This document shows, piece after piece, positions 58,637 through 64,000 of a stretch of DNA of 64,000 nucleotides. Position numbers and translations under genes: made by a program. Below the pieces are notes generated by a model, which did not search any database, was not told the DNA's origin, and was given only the letters and a program-made list of their open reading frames with translations. Within the stretch, counting starts at the first letter, position 1, and every line of letters starts with the position of its first letter. The stretch comes from an archaeon GW2011_AR15 (GTDB taxonomy: Archaea; Nanobdellota; Nanobdellia; Woesearchaeales; GW2011-AR15), in NCBI GenBank assembly GCA_000830295.1, contig CP010425.1, positions 896,001-960,000 of the forward strand, in the 5' to 3' direction.

Positions 58637-59035
58637 GTGAGCCTAATGTTGGAAACAATTAGAAAACTTGACTCAAAGATAAGACACGCTTTTATACTTG
58701 CAAAAAGGGATATTTATGACCTGAGGGCAGCTGTAAAGATGCAGCAGGAAGTCATAAAGAAGCTAAGCGACAGCCAGAAAACACTGCTGGCCAGAATAGA
58801 GAAGCTGGAAAAAGCCAGGACAGTTGTTAAAACAATCAAAGTTGCGCAGCCAAAAGTTATTAGGACAAAGGTAATAAGGGCAAAAAAGACATATGTTGGA
58901 GCTAAGACAACACAGAAAGTCCACAGCATGGACTGTCCGTTCGGAAAGAACATAAAGCCAAAGAACAAGGTAATCTTTAGGACAAAGACAAAGGCTTTCA
59001 ATGAAGGTTTCAGCGCATGCGACTGCCTGCGTTAA
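58637..59035 (+). CDS. coiled-coil protein with C-terminal Ada-like metal-binding domain
   Basis: YVGAK..KVHSMDCP..NIKPKN..F..A..GFSACDC. Confidence 0.65.
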   Translation: MSLMLETIRKLDSKIRHAFILAKRDIYDLRAAVKMQQEVIKKLSDSQKTLLARIEKLEKARTVVKTIKVAQPKVIRTKVIRAKKTYVGAKTTQKVHSMDCPFGKNIKPKNKVIFRTKTKAFNEGFSACDCLR

Positions 59036-59036
59036 A

Positions 59037-59267
59037 TCAGTAGAACATAGGTTTTATTTTCATATCTTCTTTTTCTTCTTCATCCTCATCAGAGTCTAGA
59101 TTGTTATTGTCGTTATTATCATCTTTGGAGAATATGTCCATAGTGCCGGGCGCTATACTATCATAGCTGCCTGATGATCCTGGCTCAAGGAACTTCTGCA
59201 GGAACTCTATTGTCTTTTTTATATCATCAGCAGAATCTTTTTTTGTGTCTATCTTAATTACAACCAT
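59037..59267 (-). CDS. small acidic hypothetical protein
   Basis: 76 aa, IKIDTKKDS N-terminus, acidic tail; TATA-like tract upstream. Confidence 0.6.
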   Translation of the reverse strand: MVVIKIDTKKDSADDIKKTIEFLQKFLEPGSSGSYDSIAPGTMDIFSKDDNNDNNNLDSDEDEEEKEDMKIKPMFY

Positions 59268-59350
59268 GATTATTGTTGTTTGGTTTTGAGTATAAATAAC
59301 TTTTCATTCAAAACACAACCTTTATAAAAAATCCCCCCATCTCCAAATTA

Positions 59351-59641
59351 ATGGCTACAAAAGAACAGATCATTGAAGTCCTGAAAAAAGTCGATGACCC
59401 TGAGCTTAATATGGATGTATGGAGCCTCGGTCTCATATATGAGATAAATGTTGACAAGGCCAATGTCGGGATCCTGATGACATTCACGACTCCGATGTGC
59501 CCTTATGGTCCCATGCTTCTTGAGATGATTGAGGATGCTATAAAAGACAAGCACAAGGACATCAAGAAAGTAAAGATAGATGTTACATTTGACCCGCCTT
59601 GGGAGCCTTCTGAAGAGCTCAAAGCCATGTTTGGCGTCTAA
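59351..59641 (+). CDS. DUF59/SufT-like Fe-S cluster assembly factor
   Basis: DPELNMDVWSLGLIY, MTFTTPMCP, FDPPW. Confidence 0.9.
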   Translation: MATKEQIIEVLKKVDDPELNMDVWSLGLIYEINVDKANVGILMTFTTPMCPYGPMLLEMIEDAIKDKHKDIKKVKIDVTFDPPWEPSEELKAMFGV

Positions 59642-59752
59642 AAACTTCTCTTATTACCAAATTATTATATATTATTTATAAACGAAATATTTATATATTG
59701 GTATACATATTCATATACTGAGATATATTTAATAAAAAGGGGCAAAGACCAG

Positions 59753-59830
59753 ATGTTAAACAGAAAAATACCACCAACAGCACTTGTTGTCAAAGACTTG
59801 AACGGCAACATACTGGGGATAATAGAATAA
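59753..59830 (+). CDS. putative 25-aa small protein MLNRKIPPTALVVKDLNGNILGIIE
   Basis: AAGGGG SD and TTTATATA (59690) upstream; T-rich tract downstream. Confidence 0.35.
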   Translation: MLNRKIPPTALVVKDLNGNILGIIE

Positions 59831-59870
59831 ACCCATACTAGTTTTCTGAATTTTTTATTATAATTAATTA

Positions 59871-62800
59871 CTATATCTTCAGGCTGACTACCTTGCTTAT
59901 CCCATGCTCGTTCATGGATACTCCATAAAGGTTGTCTGCCTCAGAAATAACATTGTCATTATGGCTGATTATTACATACTGGGCTTTTGATACATACTGC
60001 CTCACGAGCTGCGCCAGCTTCTCTGAATTTCTCTTGTCAAGGGCTGCATCAACCTCGTCCAGCACATAGAACGGAGCAGGTTCGTGGTCCTGGACAGCGA
60101 ACAGGAAGGCAAGTGCAGTCATTGTCTTTTCCCCGCCTGAAAGGCTCCTTATGTCCAGGAATTTTTTTCCTGTCAGCTTTACTTTTATGTTCAGCCCGCC
60201 TTCAAACACCGTCTCAGGCTCCTCAAGCTCCATTGTTGCCTCCCCCTTTGTTGAAAGCAGCGAGAATTTATTCTGGAAGTTCTTGTTTATCTGGTCATAT
60301 GTTTCCATGAACAGGTCCTTTTTCTTTGTCTCAATCTCATTCATCATCAGAAGGACATCATGCCTTTCTTTTACAAGCTTGGCTTTCTTCTCCACTACCT
60401 CATTATATTCCTTCTCAACAGCATCGTATATCTCCAGGGCTTTCATATTGACGGCTCCCATATCCTTTACCATCTTCTCGAATTCCCATATCTCTTTCTT
60501 TATCTGTTCAAAGTCCTTGTCCTTGTATATCTGGACGCCTTCATATTCCTTGTATTCTTCCCTGACCCCTTCAAGCTCTGCTGTTATCTTTGCATTGTCA
60601 AGCGAGATAACATTCCTCTTCTGCTCCTCATCCCTCCTGTCACTCTCTTTCTTGTATATCTTATTCTCCAGCTTATTGACTTCATCATTGACCGCATCCC
60701 TTTTCTTGAACAATCCCTTGAACTTTGAATAAAACTCTTTTTGGGTGCTTTCTTTCTCTTTCAGCTCTTTTTCATTGTTCTTTATCAGAGCCTCAAGCTT
60801 CTTAATCTCATTTCTGAAATCCAGCTCCTCTTTTTCATGCTGCTTTAATATTCTTCTGGTGTTTCCTTCTTCAGGCTCAAGTATTGTTGATATCTGGACA
60901 TCTATATTCTTCATATCAGCCTTTACCTGCATGATTTCCTCTTTTAGCTCTCCTTTCTTCTGCTCAAAGGTGTTGAGCTCTGCTAAAAGTGCAGGGTTCT
61001 TCAGGGCATTTATCCTGTCTCTCAATGCCTGCTTGCCTGATTTCACATTTGCAAGTTCCATGTTCGCCTTTGTTATGCCTGTATTAAGCTCCCTAAGCTC
61101 CTTGTCCATCTCCGTAACTTTTGATTCAAGCTCTTTTTTCTGGTTCTTTGTAATATCAAGGTCAGAATCCTCAAGATGTAGGGATTTTTCCAGCTTTATT
61201 ATTTCAGCCTCAAGCTCAGCTTTCAGGTGCCTAAGCCTTGTTATCTCAGCTTCATTGTCATTTTTCCTGCTTTCAAGGTTTGAGACAACAGCCTCAAGGT
61301 CCAGCTCTTCTTTTTCAAACTCCTCTATTTTGGCAGCAATCTCCTTCTCCTGGAATGCCTGGCCGGCAGCCTTTTTTCTGTATCCGCCGTGCATTGCTCC
61401 GCTCATCTCTGTAAGATCGCCGTCAAGTGTAACCATCCTGACCCTACCCACGCCTATTTTTCTTGCAGTGTCTATATCAGAGACAACAACAGTATTCCCG
61501 AAAACATATGAAAATGCGCTTTTGTATTTTGCATCAAACTTAACAAGGTCAATCGCCCTGCCCTTCACTCCTGACTCATTCAGGATTTTTGTTATTTCAG
61601 GGTTTGGTTTTGCTGACTTTATCTTGTTGAGAGGGAGGAAGCTCGCGCTGCCGAACTTGTTTGTCTTGAGATATTTTATGCACTCGGCAGCAATCTTGTC
61701 AGATTCAACAACAATGCTTTTCACTCTCGATCCTGCTGCAACCTCAAGTGCCACAGCATACTCTGAGCTTACCTGGCCGAGGTCTGAAATTGTTCCGTAT
61801 ATCCCTTTCAGCTTTTTCTTCAGCTCAAGGATTTTCTGGATTGCAATGTCCCTTGCATTATCCTTCATTCCCGACTGCTTTGCGCTCAGCCTTGCCAGCT
61901 CTTCTTTGGCTTTAAGCAGCCGCGAGCGAGCATTTGCAAGCTGGGCAGTTATTGAAGAATCGTCATTCAGCCTTTTGTTAAGCTCGAGAGTGGAGCTTTT
62001 GAATTCCTGCCTCTTCTGCTTCAGCGTGTCAAGGTCCTTGCTGTGCTCTTTCTTTATCTCAAGGACTTTGGTTATTTTTTCTTCAAATGTGCTTATCTGG
62101 TACTCATGCCTGTCCTTTTCCCTGAGAAGGTTCTGCTGTTTCTCTCTTAATGCATGTATCTCTGCCAGCTTTTCCTCTGCTTTTTTGTCAAGCTCTTCCA
62201 GCTCTTTTTCAAGGTTCTCTGAATCTTTCAGCTCGTGCTTTGATTTGAACTTCGCTATCTTCTCCTCAATTTCAGCCATCTGCTTTTCTTTGGCTGACGC
62301 AGATTTTTCCAACTCCTGCTTTTCTTTTTTCAGCCTTTCTATCTTTTCGCTCAATTCAGCGAATCCCTGCTCAAGCCCTGCTTTTCTTTCAGATATCTTC
62401 AGGAGACTGTCTTCAATAGAGCTTATCCTTGTCCTGCTGGTTCCTATAGAAACTCTCAGCTCTTCTATCTGCTTCTGTATCTCAACCTGGTCCTTATCGC
62501 CTTTTTTCTCTATCTCTTTGTTTATCTCCTCAATCTCTTTCTTCCTGTCTTCAAGCTCTTTCTTCAGCCCTGCTATTTCCCCCTCTATATTCTTTATCTC
62601 GTCTTCCTTCTTTTTTATGTCCCTGTCCAGCTGGTCTTTCTTTTTCTCTCTTGAAGACAGTTTATCATATGTCACACTCGCCTTGTTTCTCTTTATCTTG
62701 TCATCAAGCTCCCTGAATTTCATGGCCTGGTTTCTTTCCTTTTTCAGCTCTCTCAGATAAACATCTCTCTCAGCAAGTATGATATCCGATTCTTTCAGTT

Positions 62801-63362
62801 TTTCCTCGACCTTGTTGAGCTCATTTATAGCTCTCTGCTTTTTCTCTTCATATATGGATATTCCTGCAATCTCCTCTATTATTCTTCTTCTCTCAAGAAG
62901 AGACATCTCCACGATCCTTACGATATCTCCCTGCAGAATAATATTATACCCGTCGGGGTTGATTCTTGAATTTGTAAGAAGCTCGGCCACCTGGTTTCTT
63001 GTGACAGTTTCGTTGTTTATCCTGTAGGTGCTGCTTCCGGAAGCCTTTACAGTTCTTGAAAGCTTTATTTCTTCCTGCTCAAGAGGAAACACTTTGTCTT
63101 TATTGTCAAAATATATGGTGACTTCAGCGCTCTTGGCAGGGTTTTTTTTCTTTCCGCCGTTATATATCAGGTTGGCTGACTTTTCAGCCCTTAATGATTT
63201 GACAGAAGTCTTTCCAAGGACAAAGCACAGCGCATCAAGGACGTTTGATTTTCCTGAACCGTTCGGGCCAAGGACACAGTTGAACCCATCTCCAAGTATT
63301 ATTTCTGTCTTGTTCGCAAAGCTCTTGAACCCCTGCATCACAATCTTGTTTATCTTAGTCAA
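59871..63362 (-). CDS. smc: chromosome segregation protein SMC
   Basis: GFKSF, GPNGSGKSN, ILQG, hinge FLPL..VTLDGD, GAVNMKA, LSGGEK, LDEVDAALD, ISH; probable TTG start at 63362. Confidence 0.95.
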   Translation of the reverse strand: MTKINKIVMQGFKSFANKTEIILGDGFNCVLGPNGSGKSNVLDALCFVLGKTSVKSLRAEKSANLIYNGGKKKNPAKSAEVTIYFDNKDKVFPLEQEEIKLSRTVKASGSSTYRINNETVTRNQVAELLTNSRINPDGYNIILQGDIVRIVEMSLLERRRIIEEIAGISIYEEKKQRAINELNKVEEKLKESDIILAERDVYLRELKKERNQAMKFRELDDKIKRNKASVTYDKLSSREKKKDQLDRDIKKKEDEIKNIEGEIAGLKKELEDRKKEIEEINKEIEKKGDKDQVEIQKQIEELRVSIGTSRTRISSIEDSLLKISERKAGLEQGFAELSEKIERLKKEKQELEKSASAKEKQMAEIEEKIAKFKSKHELKDSENLEKELEELDKKAEEKLAEIHALREKQQNLLREKDRHEYQISTFEEKITKVLEIKKEHSKDLDTLKQKRQEFKSSTLELNKRLNDDSSITAQLANARSRLLKAKEELARLSAKQSGMKDNARDIAIQKILELKKKLKGIYGTISDLGQVSSEYAVALEVAAGSRVKSIVVESDKIAAECIKYLKTNKFGSASFLPLNKIKSAKPNPEITKILNESGVKGRAIDLVKFDAKYKSAFSYVFGNTVVVSDIDTARKIGVGRVRMVTLDGDLTEMSGAMHGGYRKKAAGQAFQEKEIAAKIEEFEKEELDLEAVVSNLESRKNDNEAEITRLRHLKAELEAEIIKLEKSLHLEDSDLDITKNQKKELESKVTEMDKELRELNTGITKANMELANVKSGKQALRDRINALKNPALLAELNTFEQKKGELKEEIMQVKADMKNIDVQISTILEPEEGNTRRILKQHEKEELDFRNEIKKLEALIKNNEKELKEKESTQKEFYSKFKGLFKKRDAVNDEVNKLENKIYKKESDRRDEEQKRNVISLDNAKITAELEGVREEYKEYEGVQIYKDKDFEQIKKEIWEFEKMVKDMGAVNMKALEIYDAVEKEYNEVVEKKAKLVKERHDVLLMMNEIETKKKDLFMETYDQINKNFQNKFSLLSTKGEATMELEEPETVFEGGLNIKVKLTGKKFLDIRSLSGGEKTMTALAFLFAVQDHEPAPFYVLDEVDAALDKRNSEKLAQLVRQYVSKAQYVIISHNDNVISEADNLYGVSMNEHGISKVVSLKI

Positions 63363-63455
63363 TGTCTGCCCCTTCGAGATTATATACGACAATATACAGA
63401 TAACTGTCTGTTTTTATACTTATTGGTCTGATTTTTATATTTTACTCTGGCAGAA

Positions 63456-64000
63456 TTATGTAAGCTGAGCCTCAATCCTCAGCAGCTGATTGTACTTCGC
63501 AACTCTTTCTCCCCTGCATGGCGCCCCTGCTTTTATCTGGCCGCAGCCAAGGCCGACAGCAAGGTCCGCTATAAAGGTATCCTCAGTCTCCCCGCTCCTG
63601 TGGCTTACCATAACCTTCCAGTTGTTTCCAAAAGCGAGCTTGGCTGCCTGTATTGCTTCAGTCACTGTGCCGATCTGGTTGATTTTCAGGAGAAGGGCAT
63701 TGCAGGCATTTTTTTCCAGAGCCAGCTTTATCCTTTCGATATTTGTGACAAGTAGGTCATCTCCGATAACAGTGACTCCTGCTTTTTTCATGAAATAGCT
63801 CCAGGATTCAAAATCATCTTCTGCAAATGGGTCCTCTATAGAGAGTATGGGGTATTTGACAAGAAGCTTCATATAATAGGCCGCAAGCTCTTTTCCGTCA
63901 AGCTCTTTCTGTCCTGCCTTTGCTTTGCTTCCAAGCACATATTTTCCTCCCCTGTAAAACTCAGATGCAGCGCAGTCCAGCGCAATTTTTATTTTTCCCC
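63456..64000 (-). CDS. eno: enolase, C-terminal part (runs off the window edge)
   Basis: [55 protein letters not shown]. Confidence 0.95.
   Translation of the reverse strand, partial: GKIKIALDCAASEFYRGGKYVLGSKAKAGQKELDGKELAAYYMKLLVKYPILSIEDPFAEDDFESWSYFMKKAGVTVIGDDLLVTNIERIKLALEKNACNALLLKINQIGTVTEAIQAAKLAFGNNWKVMVSHRSGETEDTFIADLAVGLGCGQIKAGAPCRGERVAKYNQLLRIEAQLT

Noticed and set aside
60745-62760. 671-aa plus-strand ORF
   Set aside because: Ser/Phe/Leu-rich antisense shadow of the SMC coiled coil; no independent coding signal
1-64000. CRISPR arrays, rRNA genes, IS elements
   Set aside because: No regularly spaced repeats, rRNA-like tracts or transposase ORFs detected by eye

Overview
Gene-dense archaeal chromosome segment. 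Archaeal markers (eIF6, aIF1A, prefoldin alpha, S-layer protein, archaeal-type UMP kinase, TATA-box promoters, archaeal initiator tRNA-Met) occur with several bacterial-type enzymes (long RelA/SpoT, type I GAPDH, class I PRPP synthetase, SufB). This mix suggests a DPANN lineage such as Woesearchaeota (inference). The core backbone includes pyrH, serS, lhr, ftsY, trxB, sod, ileS, sufB, rnhB, smc and eno. Two accessory blocks stand out. (1) 9.4-13 kb: a tandem pair of unknown paralogs, a GAPDH with a shortened S-loop, and lipoproteins. (2) 48.5-58.1 kb, next to tRNA-iMet: a seven-gene cassette with a DUF3419/BtaA-like SAM-fold protein, two extended YwlE-type (CTGNTCRS) phosphatases, an unknown protein, a GNAT, a PPDK derivative that keeps the PEP site and phospho-His but has a degenerate ATP-grasp domain, and a partner resembling the uncharacterised C-terminal domain of deltaproteobacterial PEP-utilising proteins. 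This is a candidate PEP-powered phosphorylation/modification system. Also notable are an Ile-rich leader peptide (MFSDNIVVSIIII) with an overlapping hairpin upstream of ileS (candidate archaeal attenuator), a TAYT-N4/5-AGTAG motif at fixed spacing from TATA boxes of accessory genes, a duplicated sod translation start, and a candidate small structured RNA before ftsY. All family assignments come from motif recognition by eye; no searches were run.
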